63,563 nt of DNA, filler included, from Chrysochromulina tobinii (GCA_001275005.1; 6 parts of 6 records of this genome joined end to end with filler, not necessarily neighbours in it); one strand, 5' to 3'; counted from the whole stretch's first letter, positions 41,699-53,252 are shown. The notes: generated by a model from the sequence alone, not told the origin. Numbers and translations are program-made.

Positions 41699-44419
41699 CT
41701 AGGCTACGCGGAGCGCGGAGGCCGGGGCCTTCGGGCGGACGGTCCAGAGCGCTATCTTCCTTAAGCCATCGATGCCCTGCGCATCGCGCTTCCAGGTGAC
41801 CAGTGGCAGCTCGCCGCAGAGGCACGGCCCTCCTACGAGCCGCTCCGAGCCAACGGCGAAGAAGGTGTGCTGTGAACAGGCCTGACTGCAAGAGAGCACT
41901 CTGAAGTCGTAGCTGCTCCCACTGCTGCCGCCGCCGCTTCTGCTGCGGCTGCTGCGGAAGGCGTTACCTTCCTCGGAAGGTTCCGAGAAGGCGTTACCCT
42001 TCTCGAGCGCACCGCCATGCGACGAGGTGGCCGTAGGCCGGCGGGCGACCCCATGGCGCTGGAGCTGCGCGTCCGCAAAGCAGCCAAGTAGCACACGATG
42101 GTGCGCAACGCCTGTCACATCGATGCGCGCTCGATGCGCTTCCGACAAGTGCACGTAGAGTGACCGCACACGTAGCTGCGCGCCCGTGGCAGGAGCGGTG
42201 GCGGCAGACATGCATGGATCGGCCATCGGCGCGCACAGCTCGCGTTCGAGGCTTCGCCTGGCGCTGCCGCCTCGATTCTTGGCGCTCATCTTGGCGCTCG
42301 CGGCCGCTTGAGAGGCGGTCCCATCAGCTGAATGGTCCAACTGTGAATGGTCCAGCTGTGAATGAGAGGCAGTCCCATCAGCTGAATGCTCGCTTGCACC
42401 CGAACCGAGGGCCATCGCCTTGAGCACCGCGCGCGTGTCGAAGAGGGCGACCGCCTCGGAGCCGCCGCAGGGCAGGCTCTCGACCTCATTCTGGTGCGTG
42501 GAATGCAGCCGCAAGGCCGCGCTGCAAGCGGGCTGGCATTCATGCTCGCTTAGCGCGGTCGCGTGCTCCGCCTCAGCCGTCGAGAGGCACATGCAGAACC
42601 CTCCCGCCTCCTCGAGACCAAAGACCTCGTGCTCGGCGCAGCTCAGGGCGCAGCTGCCGTGATGGTGCTTGGTGGCCACGGCGGGGAGCCGCACGCTCGT
42701 CTGTCGCGAGTGCTGACCCGCAGGTGGGAGTACGCACCGGAAGGGGCGTGGCAGCGCGGGCATCGGGGACGCGTGTGTGTTGAGGCCCGTGGACCAGCAG
42801 CAACCGTTGCGAAAGCGCTGGTAGATGCACATAGGTAGGAGCGCCTCTGGTCGGCCAAGGGCTGCGTCGACCTCGAGTGCGGCTGTGTCCGCCAACAAGC
42901 CGCACTGCGCGAGGCTGCCGACAACCGCACCGCCGTCCTTGACTGCGCCGCTTGCAGCCGTGGCGTCTGCAGCTGCAACTGAATCTGGGAGGGAGGCAGC
43001 TACGATGCCCATCTCCCTTCCGCCACGCGCAGCGCCTGCGCCAAGTGCGGCGCGCACCTCGTCGCGTGCGAAGAAGGCCGCGTCCACGGCCTCAAGCTCC
43101 TCGGCTTCCGCATAGAGGAGTACGTCCCATCGGTTTGCTACACGAGCGACTGCCTCCATGCCGACGACGTCGGCACCGAACGTACACGGGAGCGATGAGC
43201 GTGCCGTTGCGGAAGCGGCCGGCGCCGGCTGGCGGCGGCGAAGCTGGCGGGACAGCTGGCGCCGCGGCGCGCCGGCCCGCCGTGCTGGACTTGACCCCAC
43301 AGGATGCCCCATCGCCTGCGGCTCTGCATCGCTCAGGCGGCGACCAGCCGCCGGTGGCGTGCTCTGCCGCCGGTACTTGTCGTGCAGCCCACGCGATGTC
43401 CATCCGAGTCGCTGCTCGAAGGCACGCTCCAAATGCGTCCCGAGCACCAGCAGCACGTCCACGCCGCGTAGCCGCTCGCGCGCTTGCAGGTAGTGGTCTC
43501 TGGTGATCGCCCCGAGAGGAAGCCGATACACCTCCGGCCCCAGCAGCACCCGCGTCAGCTGGTTGTCGTACACGGGCGGCGCGAAGCTCGCCATGAGTGA
43601 GTAGTTGCCGCACACACTCCGGCGCAGCTGATCGCAGCGCGCCCTTCTCGCCGGCCAAAGCTCGCCCCTCTGCGTGTCGCAATCGCATCGGTGGCATTCG
43701 CAACTGCAAGAGGCAGGCGCACCCGGCCAGCTTCTGACCCGCGAGGCCGTACAATCGGATGCGCAGGGCAGAAGGCCCCACCTGATCAACTCGCGTCCGA
43801 ACGAGCCGAGACGCTCAACTGGCTCGCGCAGCACGAGCATGTCGAGGATGCCCGTACAGCGACGTCCCTCGGGCGCCGCGCCCTCAATCGCGAAGAATGT
43901 GGGAGGCAGGCGCGGCGGGTGTAACCACAGAAGCTGACCGCGTCGGCCGCGGTTGCGGCACGAATGCACCCCATTCAACGTCCGCGGCATCAAGCGAAAC
44001 GAGCGATCTGCAAACGACCGTAGCCCTCCCGGCTCAAGCTTTGAGATCACGTCGGGTGGCATCCACCACGGGCCGTCCATGAGAAACGGGTCGATGCAGT
44101 TGCCATTGAACGTGCTCTGGCCCGCAGCGGCTCGCGAGCACCCATTGAGTTTCGCGAGTTCGCACACACTGGTTCCACCCGACTTTGAGAGATGAAGGAA
44201 ACCGAGAGTGCTCTCAGCCAGCACAGCGCGGTATGCACGCGCGTACCGGCGGGCGAGATCGATGCTGGCATTTCCGGATACCGTGTGGATTGCTCTGCGC
44301 ATGGCCGCTGCGGTGCCGTGCGATGCACGCTCATCTGCAGATGACTCGAGGACGGAGAGGAGGCGAGACAGATGCTCCAGCGAAGGAGCCGCGGCGACCA
44401 TTTGAGTCAAGAAAATCAT
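41699..44419 (-). CDS. Sulfotransferase-like domain + WSC-like carbohydrate-binding domains
   Basis: FLHLSKSGGTS, LREPVER, YDNQLTR..L; C-terminal CALSC..FGLE...CMC..C...C..PCGG..A..F and LGCFAD..CSQAC...CLCG. Confidence 0.7.
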   Translation of the reverse strand: MIFLTQMVAAAPSLEHLSRLLSVLESSADERASHGTAAAMRRAIHTVSGNASIDLARRYARAYRAVLAESTLGFLHLSKSGGTSVCELAKLNGCSRAAAGQSTFNGNCIDPFLMDGPWWMPPDVISKLEPGGLRSFADRSFRLMPRTLNGVHSCRNRGRRGQLLWLHPPRLPPTFFAIEGAAPEGRRCTGILDMLVLREPVERLGSFGRELIRWGLLPCASDCTASRVRSWPGAPASCSCECHRCDCDTQRGELWPARRARCDQLRRSVCGNYSLMASFAPPVYDNQLTRVLLGPEVYRLPLGAITRDHYLQARERLRGVDVLLVLGTHLERAFEQRLGWTSRGLHDKYRRQSTPPAAGRRLSDAEPQAMGHPVGSSPARRAGAPRRQLSRQLRRRQPAPAASATARSSLPCTFGADVVGMEAVARVANRWDVLLYAEAEELEAVDAAFFARDEVRAALGAGAARGGREMGIVAASLPDSVAAADATAASGAVKDGGAVVGSLAQCGLLADTAALEVDAALGRPEALLPMCIYQRFRNGCCWSTGLNTHASPMPALPRPFRCVLPPAGQHSRQTSVRLPAVATKHHHGSCALSCAEHEVFGLEEAGGFCMCLSTAEAEHATALSEHECQPACSAALRLHSTHQNEVESLPCGGSEAVALFDTRAVLKAMALGSGASEHSADGTASHSQLDHSQLDHSADGTASQAAASAKMSAKNRGGSARRSLERELCAPMADPCMSAATAPATGAQLRVRSLYVHLSEAHRARIDVTGVAHHRVLLGCFADAQLQRHGVARRPTATSSHGGALEKGNAFSEPSEEGNAFRSSRSRSGGGSSGSSYDFRVLSCSQACSQHTFFAVGSERLVGGPCLCGELPLVTWKRDAQGIDGLRKIALWTVRPKAPASALRVA

Positions 44420-44883
44420 CGGCGACCAATCGTGCGCGGCGATGCACGCCGAGGCGACAAAGAGAAGCGTCGCGGCGTCACGGCCCTCGACCCAGCGTCA
44501 CGACCTCGTGTGAGTCGTGTGAGAGTGAGTGGCTCTCTCTGCCCAAAGCACTGTAGCTATGCTTTGCTATCAGACCCCCGCGGCGCAATCCATGACAACC
44601 TGGACAACAACTTGGCTGTGAACGTGAACATACCGCGCCGCCCCCTCTCGGGTGTTAGAGTGTGGTCATGGAGTGTGGTTTGGTTTTGGGATTCTGGACC
44701 TGGCATTCCTATGTTTCGTCGTTCCGTCGAGTGGACCCCGCCGGCACCGCCGCCCGCGCCTTTCGACCTCGGATACAATTACCGTTTCCAACCAGCGATT
44801 CCCCCGCTTGCCTCGGGCCACAGGTACTGGTGCAAAGTACAGGTGCGGGTCGTCGTGCATGCAGGGGCGCAATTTTGCCGCCT

Positions 44884-45414
44884 TCAGACAAGCAGCGTGC
44901 CCCACTTGACGTCCTCGGCGAGGGCGAGCAGCAGCTGCAGCTCGGAGCCCTTCTCCACCAGGCACCAAGTGCAGTCGTCGATGGTGATTGTGCCGGCAAG
45001 GCGGCCACTCAGGAGCTCCTCGCCGCTCACGCTCACCTTGAGCTCGCGCGCTTTGAAGACGACCTTGACGTCCTTCTTGGTAGCCGGCGTTGCCAACGGG
45101 AAGCGCACGATGATCTCTGACTCGCCGTACTTGCTTGTCTGCTCCCACTTGTACGTTTTTTCGTCGAGTTCACCGGCGTTCTTTGCCGCCGCATCCTGCT
45201 GATTCATCTGAGCCTTGCGCTTTGCGCTAGTCTCCGGGTCGCCGCCCATTCCGCCCATATCCATACCGTTCATGCCGCCCATGCCACCGAGCATGGCCTG
45301 CAGCGCAGCCATGTCCATGCCGCCGCCACCGCCGCCCGCGCCGCCGCCCATCGCACCCATAAGCTTTGCCATCATATCCGGGTCCATGCCTGGTTCTGCC
45401 TCATCATCTGCCAT
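44884..45414 (-). CDS. CS-domain (NudC/p23-like) co-chaperone
   Basis: YKWEQT..EIIVRFPL..KKDVKVVF..LKVSV..LLSGRL..I..DDCTWCL..LQLLL..W; Met/Gly-rich N-terminus. Confidence 0.85.
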   Translation of the reverse strand: MADDEAEPGMDPDMMAKLMGAMGGGAGGGGGGMDMAALQAMLGGMGGMNGMDMGGMGGDPETSAKRKAQMNQQDAAAKNAGELDEKTYKWEQTSKYGESEIIVRFPLATPATKKDVKVVFKARELKVSVSGEELLSGRLAGTITIDDCTWCLVEKGSELQLLLALAEDVKWGTLLV

Positions 45415-45712
45415 GAGTGACCTGGCAAGAACGAGGGTAGAGAACAGAACGAAGAAAAGCGACCCGACCCCCGATGGGGAGGGGATATTTCCGACGAACC
45501 GAAGAGGCGACTCAACGGTGCTGCAGCATGGATTGTGCAGTCACGGCCGTGGGTCGGGCTGGCGAAACGCACGTGCGAGGCGTTGATGTGTTTGCACGTC
45601 GCTGACGCGAGAGCGAGGCGCGTTGCTGACGTGGCGTTGGGGTGTTGAGCCGAAATCGGCAAGTTTTGCGATTTTCTCGGCCCCGAGAGGGATCCGTTTC
45701 GTTCCCCGTGAA

Positions 45713-46792
45713 CTACTGTACTGCAGATGCACTGCGCATACGTATCAGCCCCTCCTGGAACGTTGTGGCCACCAGCAGCCCGCTCTCGGTCCACACCTCG
45801 CCCCGGGCGAAGCCGCGCCCGCCCGAGGCCACTGGTGAGCTCATCACGTGGCAGAGCCACTCGGTGTCGATGCGAAAGCGTGAAGGATGGTGGAAGTGCA
45901 TCGAGTGGGACAAACTGCCAGCCTGCATCTGCGGGAGCCACATGGCGACTGGCAGTGGCAGGATGGCAGTCTCGAGCAGACCCCAGTCGGACACGTCTGC
46001 GGGCACACACGCGGCAAGGCAGGTGGTGGGGAGGTGGGGCGAGGGCGGGGGTCTTCTCGTCAGTCTGCGGAGGAGGGGGTGGATAACGAGCGTGCTCTGC
46101 CGTTAGGGTGCACGCGCACAGGTGAGCAGCCGCTGATGCAGCGCTGCGTCGTCGGCCACTGCTCCACGCGTACGCACCCAGAAGGCGCGCTCGGGCTCGT
46201 GCAGCGACGTGTCCCAGGGCGCCACAAATTTCGACGGGCGGATCTCTAGCGGGCCCTCGGAGTATAGCTTCACCATCTTGCTGGGCACCTTGTCGATGTG
46301 TGCCTGCATGTGCGCCTCGAGCGGCTTCAAATCGGCAGGTCGGCCCCACTCTGGCCTGAGACCCGCTGGATGCTGGTGCTCGAGGCCGACCTCAGGCGTC
46401 TGAAAGGAAGCCGTCATGCTTAGGATTGCAACGTCGTTTTGCAGGGCCTGCACGTGGATCACTGAGAAGCTGCGACCGCTCGAAAGCACGCTGGTCTCGA
46501 AGCGAATGTCAGTCGATGGGTCGCCGCCTTTGAGAAAATGGCTGCTGAATTGATGCATCTCACGGCTCGGCCCAGCGGTGGCCTGTGCAGCTGCAACAGC
46601 CTGCGCCATGGTTTGGCCGCCATACACACGACCCCAGCCCAAGTCTGCTGACTTGCCAGCGTAGACGCCATCAGCAAGCTGGACTACGCCGACATGTCGC
46701 GCGAGCGCGTCCACCTTGCCAGCAAGCGTGGCCACTTTCCTTCGAGAGCCCACCCTTCCAGAAAGCTTCCAAGCTGTTCGAAGTGCAGCCAT
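45713..46792 (-). CDS. tesB: Acyl-CoA thioesterase II (TesB/ACOT8 family), 2 exons
   Basis: GRVYGGQTMAQA, GRSFS, SFQ..E.GLEHQ, LLTYVSD, SLSHSMHFH, GGRG, QEGLIR. Intron 45997-46119. Confidence 0.9.
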
Positions 46793-46891
46793 GCCGACCT
46801 TGGCGGTGTGGCGGGTCCGGGTGTGTTCGGCGATGCAAAGGGAATCCGGGCGCTTGCCTGATCTTGCCTGAGGAATTCGCGCTTTCTGCCG

Positions 46892-46925
46892 GTACCGGTA
46901 AAAAGACACCGGGGGGAGCCGGGAC
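46892..46925 (-). promoter_or_regulatory. Dispersed motif GTCCCGGCTCCCCCCGGTGTCTTTTTACCGGT (copies also at 48184-48215, 48233-48266, 53161-53192; partial at 52868-52925, 53027-53045, 53129-53148)
   Basis: Near-identical copies on two contigs, oriented toward and 60-100 nt upstream of an ATG. A regulatory role is inference only. Confidence 0.5.
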
Positions 46926-47119
46926 CGGTACATGTACTGAAGTTGTTTGTGTGCTCCGTGTGTCTGACCCGTGTGCCCCCCCCTCATCCCGGTGTTTTTG
47001 AACGCGGGAATTTGATTTTCTTGACTTCGACTTGTCCATGGGGCTGGGCTCGATTGACGGCCGGCCGCTCGGTGCACAGGCGTTTCCCTGTTCACTCGCG
47101 AGACGAGACGCGCGGTCGG

Positions 47120-47764
47120 ATGCCGCGCCTTCCGACACGCTTGCGCATCCGGGAGCGTATCGACCTCACTGGAGAAGAGTCTCCCCCGTTGAACCGCAAG
47201 CGTGTGCATCCCGGTGATGATGACGAGGTGCAGGAGGTTTCGGGTCCTGGGCGTGCCTCGCAAAGCTCACAACCTGTAGCCGCGCTCGACAAAAGCGACG
47301 ACGAGGTCATATTCACCAAGAAAGGGCGGGGGGCCGATGCTAACCGAGACCTGCCTCATGCACGACCGCAGTGCGGACACCACCCATTCGAAATCGACAG
47401 CATGGCCAACGTGCCCTTCTGTGGTCAGTGCTATTGTTGGTGCTGCGACATTCCAGCCCGGGAGTGCAATCACTGGTACACGCACTGCCAAGCTCACATG
47501 GGCGCCACTCGGTGGGTCGAGGCACGTGCAACAATACAGCGATTGGGAGCTGCCGCGAGCACTTCCGCGACCACATCGATGAGTGACGGCACCCTTTCAG
47601 TGGGAGCGCTCGTGTACTACTATCAGCGCCCAACCGGTGCGCGCCTCAAGGCCACAGTCCTCAAGCACCACGCAGTAGATGATTCTTTCACGATCCTTCT
47701 GGATGGTGGAGTGCGGGAGGTTGACACAGTACGCGAGCGGCTGCGGCCGGCGCAGCAAATGTGA
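47120..47764 (+). CDS. Cys/His-rich zinc-binding protein (RIN13-like) with SIM-like motifs and a small C-terminal beta-barrel
   Basis: IDLT, DDEVQEV, DDEVIF; DLPHARPQC..HPF..C..CYCWCCD..A..C..W..HCQA. Confidence 0.65.
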   Translation: MPRLPTRLRIRERIDLTGEESPPLNRKRVHPGDDDEVQEVSGPGRASQSSQPVAALDKSDDEVIFTKKGRGADANRDLPHARPQCGHHPFEIDSMANVPFCGQCYCWCCDIPARECNHWYTHCQAHMGATRWVEARATIQRLGAAASTSATTSMSDGTLSVGALVYYYQRPTGARLKATVLKHHAVDDSFTILLDGGVREVDTVRERLRPAQQM

Positions 47765-48354
47765 GCATGTCATGCGTCTCGCAGTATATGATACGAACGC
47801 ACTAATTCAGAGTCCACCACCAACCGTCACCACACCCACGTTCACACTCGAGAAAGGCGATCTTGGATACCCGGTATACCGCACTGCCGGCCGCTATACG
47901 CGTCTGCCGCACGCGCCTTCATTTCGGCCGACCGCTTTCGAGCAGGCGCGGGGAGGCGCTCTGGGAGCGGGTGGAGGCAGGGTCGGGTTTGCTGGGGGTG
48001 GCCTCTTCTGAGTCGGCCGCGGGGAGCGGTCGGCTCTGGGCCTGCGGCTGTTGAGTCGGCCGCGGCTTCGGTCGTCGCGCTGACGTGCGGGGTGTGTGTT
48101 GTTGGTGGGTTTGGATGGTTGTGAGGTTCGTCTGTGTGGTCCGAGTGCCTTTGTGCGTCCGCGTGTCCCGTGTGTCCCGTGAGTGTCCCGGCTCCCCCTG
48201 GTGTCTTTTTACCGGTTCAAGTGTCCGTGGGTGTCCCGGCTCCCCCCGGTGTCTTTTTACCGGTACAATGGAAGCACCAGCAAAAACGTGGTCTCTGGAT
48301 CAGCGGCGGCGTTCGTGTGGAAGCGTCTGCCCGTGACCCACGAGCTGTCTGAGG

Positions 48355-49950
48355 ATGAGACGCGTCGAGGACAGCGAATCAGACGACGACGGAACCAATG
48401 AGCGCACGCCACTCCTTGACCGCATCCGGCGGCAGCCGCAGGAAGCATGCTCGCACGGACTCATTTCCGTCGTCCTTATTCTTTGCCTCGCCACCTTTGT
48501 GACCCGTGTTGAGGCCATCATCACATTTCCATACCTGCGCACACTGCAGCGCTGCTCCTCTCAGGACAGTGGACTGTATTGGTCGGGTTCTCTGTTCTGT
48601 ACCGACCGAGCACTCGTCGCGCGCGCATCCCAAGCGGACGCGAACTATATGCAGTGCATAGGTCTCATCCTCAACAGCCTCTTCCTTCCGGCCCTTGGCT
48701 GGTTTGGAGACCGATGCGGCCGCCGACCGCTCGTTGCACTCTACTTTGGTGGTCTGGCGATAGAATCTGGCATCAACGCATCCGTCCATTCGATCGGCGC
48801 CTTCTTTTGTGCCGTCGCATTCCAGAAGTGCACTGACGGCCTCACGCCCGCGCTCATCGCGATGATTTCAGACCTTTTCCCGGCTGAGGATCGGATGTAT
48901 GCATATCTGATGTGCGTGCTGGGCGCTGCGCCTGTCTACACGCTCACGTACGGCGCGGTCGCCTACTCCGTACTCTCCCACCACCTGCGCTCGTATGCCT
49001 CGACCTGGTCGATCCTTGGGCTGATGTCGCTCTTCTGCGCATGCCTGGTCTTCTTGGCGCCGGAGACCTTGACCGCAAGCGTACGTGCGGCCGCCACTGC
49101 CAGCGCCAAGGAATCGGCAGCGGGTGCGGTCTTGGGACGCCCCTCGCAGGGTCCCGCAGACGTAGGGGGCACTAGCAGCAGCAGCAGCAGCAGCAGCAGC
49201 CGCAGCCGCAGCCGTCGCAGAGCCGACGAGTCGCGGATGTGCTTGCCGATGCACCTGCTGCTTTGCTGCTGCCACGGCTGCTCGCGGGTCAAAGGAGGGC
49301 ACTCGCCAGCCACATGCGCTGCCTCGCCCGTCTTTGCCGCGTGCGCCAATCCCTCTTTGCGCTTCGTGATGATCATCGAGGTACCTGCCCTCCTCGCGTT
49401 CGCGGCTTTCTCCACCTTGGATGGCTTCGCCCTCATCGCCTATGGCTGGGAACAGGAGTCGATGGTGTACGTGCGATTTGCGACTTTACCAGCGGCAGGG
49501 CTCGCTTCGCTCTTAGGTGTGCGGTTGATGCGACGGATCGAGCCCTTGCGCACGCTGCAGATCGGCTTGGGCTGCCTGTTTTGCTCCTTGCTCGCGATGA
49601 GCTTTGCTCAGTGGCACGTGGGGCTTCTATACCTCGCTCTCGTCCTGGCGGGTGGCTCAACGCTTGCCGTCCTTCCGATCTTGCGCCTCATCGGCACACA
49701 AGCTGGGGCGACACAGCAAGCCAGCGCCAGCGCCATGCTCCTCGCCGTCGCCCACGCTGCCCAAGGAGTCGGGCTCCTTTCGCACGCCTACATCTTCGAC
49801 AACGCCGCCGCGCACGGAGTGCTCTTCGCTCCATTTGCCTTTGGCGCTCTCGCGTCCTTTTTTGCTCTTGCGTTTGCACTGTGTTTCCCGCCGCCCGAGC
49901 ATGCGTGGTTGGTAGACCCCGAACTACCTCAGGCACGGCGCGACTTATAG
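48355..49950 (+). CDS. MFS transporter (TetA/HIAT1-like)
   Basis: Motif A LGWFGDRCGRRPL, AMISDLFP.EDR, about 12 hydrophobic segments in two halves. Confidence 0.85.
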   Translation: MRRVEDSESDDDGTNERTPLLDRIRRQPQEACSHGLISVVLILCLATFVTRVEAIITFPYLRTLQRCSSQDSGLYWSGSLFCTDRALVARASQADANYMQCIGLILNSLFLPALGWFGDRCGRRPLVALYFGGLAIESGINASVHSIGAFFCAVAFQKCTDGLTPALIAMISDLFPAEDRMYAYLMCVLGAAPVYTLTYGAVAYSVLSHHLRSYASTWSILGLMSLFCACLVFLAPETLTASVRAAATASAKESAAGAVLGRPSQGPADVGGTSSSSSSSSSRSRSRRRADESRMCLPMHLLLCCCHGCSRVKGGHSPATCAASPVFAACANPSLRFVMIIEVPALLAFAAFSTLDGFALIAYGWEQESMVYVRFATLPAAGLASLLGVRLMRRIEPLRTLQIGLGCLFCSLLAMSFAQWHVGLLYLALVLAGGSTLAVLPILRLIGTQAGATQQASASAMLLAVAHAAQGVGLLSHAYIFDNAAAHGVLFAPFAFGALASFFALAFALCFPPPEHAWLVDPELPQARRDL

Positions 49951-50151
49951 AAAGCTGCAAGGGCACACGTGTCCACGTGAGCACGTAATGTGCACACGTG
50001 TGCCGGCGATGATAGGCATTCAAATGCGTGAAACACAGGAAATTCCGAAGACGACTGTATCCCAAATCTATCCAACTGGAAACCCACGCCCTCCTCACTC
50101 CTCCTTGCCAGTATTAACAGCCTGTTCACACGGCCACGTTCCAACAATAGA

Positions 50152-51884
50152 ATGAGCGTCGAGCACACACTCTGAATGGGCTCCCTGCGGTGAAGCTCAC
50201 TCACCCCAGTGGGTCTACAGCAACGGTGTACGTTTATGCCGCTCATGTCGCCTCGTGGAAATCGGCCGATGGCCACGAGAATATGTTCGTCTCATCCAAG
50301 ACCGTGTTCGGCGATGGCAAGGCTATCCGTGGCGGCGTGCCCGTCTGCTTTCCACAGTTTGCAGCGCGCGGCGCGTACCAGAAACACGGGTTCTGCCGCA
50401 ATTCGGCGGAGTGGACTGTCGTACGCACCTCGACAGAGCCGTACCCTTGCGTCGTTCTCGGCCTGACGGACTCGCCCGCCACCAAGGAGCTTTGGCCGTT
50501 CGCCTTCAAGCTGCGCTACTCGGTGACGCTCGACTCTGACGCGTCGCTATCGATGTCACTCGCGGTGATGAATAGCGGGGATCAACCCATCGAGTTCACG
50601 ACGGCACTGCACACCTACTTGGCGTGCGCTGATATGGGCGGCGTGACGGTGCACGGCCTTTCAGGCCTCAAGTATGACGATTCGGTAGCCGGCGTTGAGG
50701 CGGCGGTGCAGGACGGCGCGCCGCTCGCTCTCAAGGGCGAGGTGGACCGCATCTATTGGGAGACGCCGCGCTCACTCTACGTGGTCGAGGGCGAGCGCTC
50801 CATCCGGATGCTCAAGATGGGCTTCCCGGACGCAGTCGTGTGGAACATCGGCGAGGCAAAGGCGAGCACGCTCGCTGACCTGGGTTCGGACGAGTGGAAG
50901 AATTACATTTGCCTCGAGGCTGCGGCTATCGGCAAGCCAGTCGTCCTGGTGCCGAGCGCCTCGTGGAACGGTGGGCAGACGCTCACCGTGATGCCCGCGA
51001 AGACTGCTCTCGCTGAGTGCGAGAAGGCCGCTGCCGAAGGCTCGAAAGCGAGCGCGTCGGAGGCAGCGGCGGCGCCCCCGAAGGTTGCTAAGGAGGCTGC
51101 GATGCCCAATGAGAAGGGGGCGCCCGCGGCAGAGAAGAAGGACGGCAAACCCTCGCCCGAGGAGATTGAGAAGATGAAGGCCGAGAAGGCCGCTAAACCC
51201 AAGGAGGAGAAACCCAAGGAGGTCAAGGTGGAGCCGTCGGCTGATGATAAGGCAGCCAAGGAGGCCGCGAAGGCGAAGGAGAAGCTGCTCAAGACGGTCA
51301 TCAAGGAGGGCGGCAAGAAGGGAGTTGAGATCGAGGGTGCCGCCGAGATGGGCGGCCTCGACTTCTTTTGCACGACCATCGAGTCGCCCGAGGGTGACCA
51401 GGCGCTGCTGCTCACGGCAATGCAGGCGATGAATGCAGACCCCGACCCGCTTGCCGAGGAGCGCAAGGGCTGCTCGGGCTTTGTTGGCAAGATGATCTTC
51501 TCGGCGGGCACCGCGCAGCTCGCCATCGTCGCCTACGTCCCCAAGCCAGAGTCGAACAAGTCGTCCTCGAAGGTGGACGTGACCGCTTGGATCCAAGCGG
51601 TGTGCGCAGCTGTCGACGGCACCGTCACCAATCCGAAGTCGGACGCGCCGCCCCAGTTTATCAACGAGGGCAAGCCCTTTGAGTGCCCGCACGGCGGTCA
51701 CTTTGCCGAGGCGGTTGTCGTCTCGAACCCGGAGGCTGGCAAATATGCGATCAAGGACAAGGATACTGCCATGGCAGCCGCCTTCGCCTACCTCCGCGAG
51801 CATGGCGCATTCCCCGAGGACACCGGCGACGACGACGACGACATGGTCTTTGGCGACGACGACGACCTCAGTGCGTTTGAGTGA
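50152..51884 (+). CDS. Glucose-6-phosphate 1-epimerase (aldose epimerase family) fused to an uncharacterised C-terminal domain
   Basis: AIRGGVPVCFPQFA, HGFCRN, FTTALHTY, EVDRIY, FPDAVVWN, ICLEAA; Lys/Glu linker; KEGGKKGVEIEGAAEMGGL..EERKGCSG.VGKMIFSAG. The ATG at 50152 is 1 nt out of frame with the ORF starting at 50190. Confidence 0.8.
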
Positions 51885-53252
51885 GCGTAGGTCCGCGGCA
51901 CACCTTCTGCTCAGACGCGGAAGCCGTGGCCAAGTCCCAAGTGTGCATGCTGCATTTGATGGTTCCATGTGCCGGCTTCGAGGTTTCGATCCCGGTGATG
52001 CTGATCTGCGCATTTTATTTCCTCCGGGGGACGCCTCAAAGGACAGGGCGGCTGTCCACCTGGGCGGTGTAGCAGAACAATCGGTCCATGCAACCTAGTA
52101 GCAAATTGCTAATCGGCATGCGGCATCTATAAATCGCGGTCGTGTACGAACCGCCTCCTTTCCGCGCCAGCGCGCCAGCGCGCCGCGAGAAATTGCGTAA
52201 TTATAGCGCGACACCGTCCGCGGTCTATCTCCGAGCGGCGTCGGGGTACGGGGAGCGGGGAGCGCGCCGTAGCGCGCGCGCTTCGGCGCGCATGCACGCG
52301 CGCAGCGCGCACCGCACGGGCAACTGCCCCACGCATTGTGCCCCACGGGCCGGCTACGGGCCGGCGCACGCCACGCCCAGACGGCCGGGCCGGAAACGGC
52401 GGCTGACCGGGGTGCGGTAGCCGGTACGCTTTAAACGCTAGAGAAAGCGGTACCCTGCGAACGGGAACGGGAACGCCCGAAGCCTCAGGTGCGAGGTGCC
52501 GCTCGAGGATGCCTCGCTGATAGCAGACGTCCGCGCCCCCGTCGGAAACTAAAAAGAGGTCCCCCCGATCGAGCCAGTGGTCCCACGACGCACGAGCGGT
52601 GCCGCGATAGCGNNNNNNNNNNNNNNNNNNNNNNNNNNNNNNNNNNNNNNNNNNNNTTAATTAATTAANNNNNNNNNNNNNNNNNNNNNNNNNNNNNNNN
52701 NNNNNNNNNNNNGAGAGAGCTCTGTATGCGCGGTGCACACATTGAAAGCCCGGAGCCTTGACTTGACTAGACTTGACTTGACTTGACTTGACTTGACCTG
52801 GCTTGTCCTGGCAGCCGACTGCCCCTCACGTCTCTGCCTTTACGAGTTGGCGCGGTGTCTCATGACTCCCGGCTCCCCCCGGTTACCCCCCGGTGTCTTT
52901 TGTAACACCGGGGGGAGCCGGACACACGAGACAGACACGAACCTATGTGACTTTTTCCGACAGACGCGACGACCGGTGCTGCGGCACTGTTACTGCCCGC
53001 TCAGAATCCCTGTGTGTCCAAGCTCACCCCGGCGTCTTTTTACCGAATCAGTAGGAGGCGCAAGGCGTCCTCTGATTTTTACCGGTCTTTATAAAAAATA
53101 CGTGGTTCAAAACAGTAATAAGTGTTTCACCGGTGTCTTTTTACCGGTGGTCCCGTGTGTGTCCCGGCTCCCCCCGGTGTCTTTTTACCGGTGGACACTG
53201 TACAGTATGTACACAGTATACCGCGATCTTCTCCAAGAGAGACGCCGTCGGG

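Noticed and set aside
52140..52430. GC-rich self-complementary stretch as a structured ncRNA
   Set aside because: Low-complexity CG repeats give chance pairing; no recognisable RNA family.
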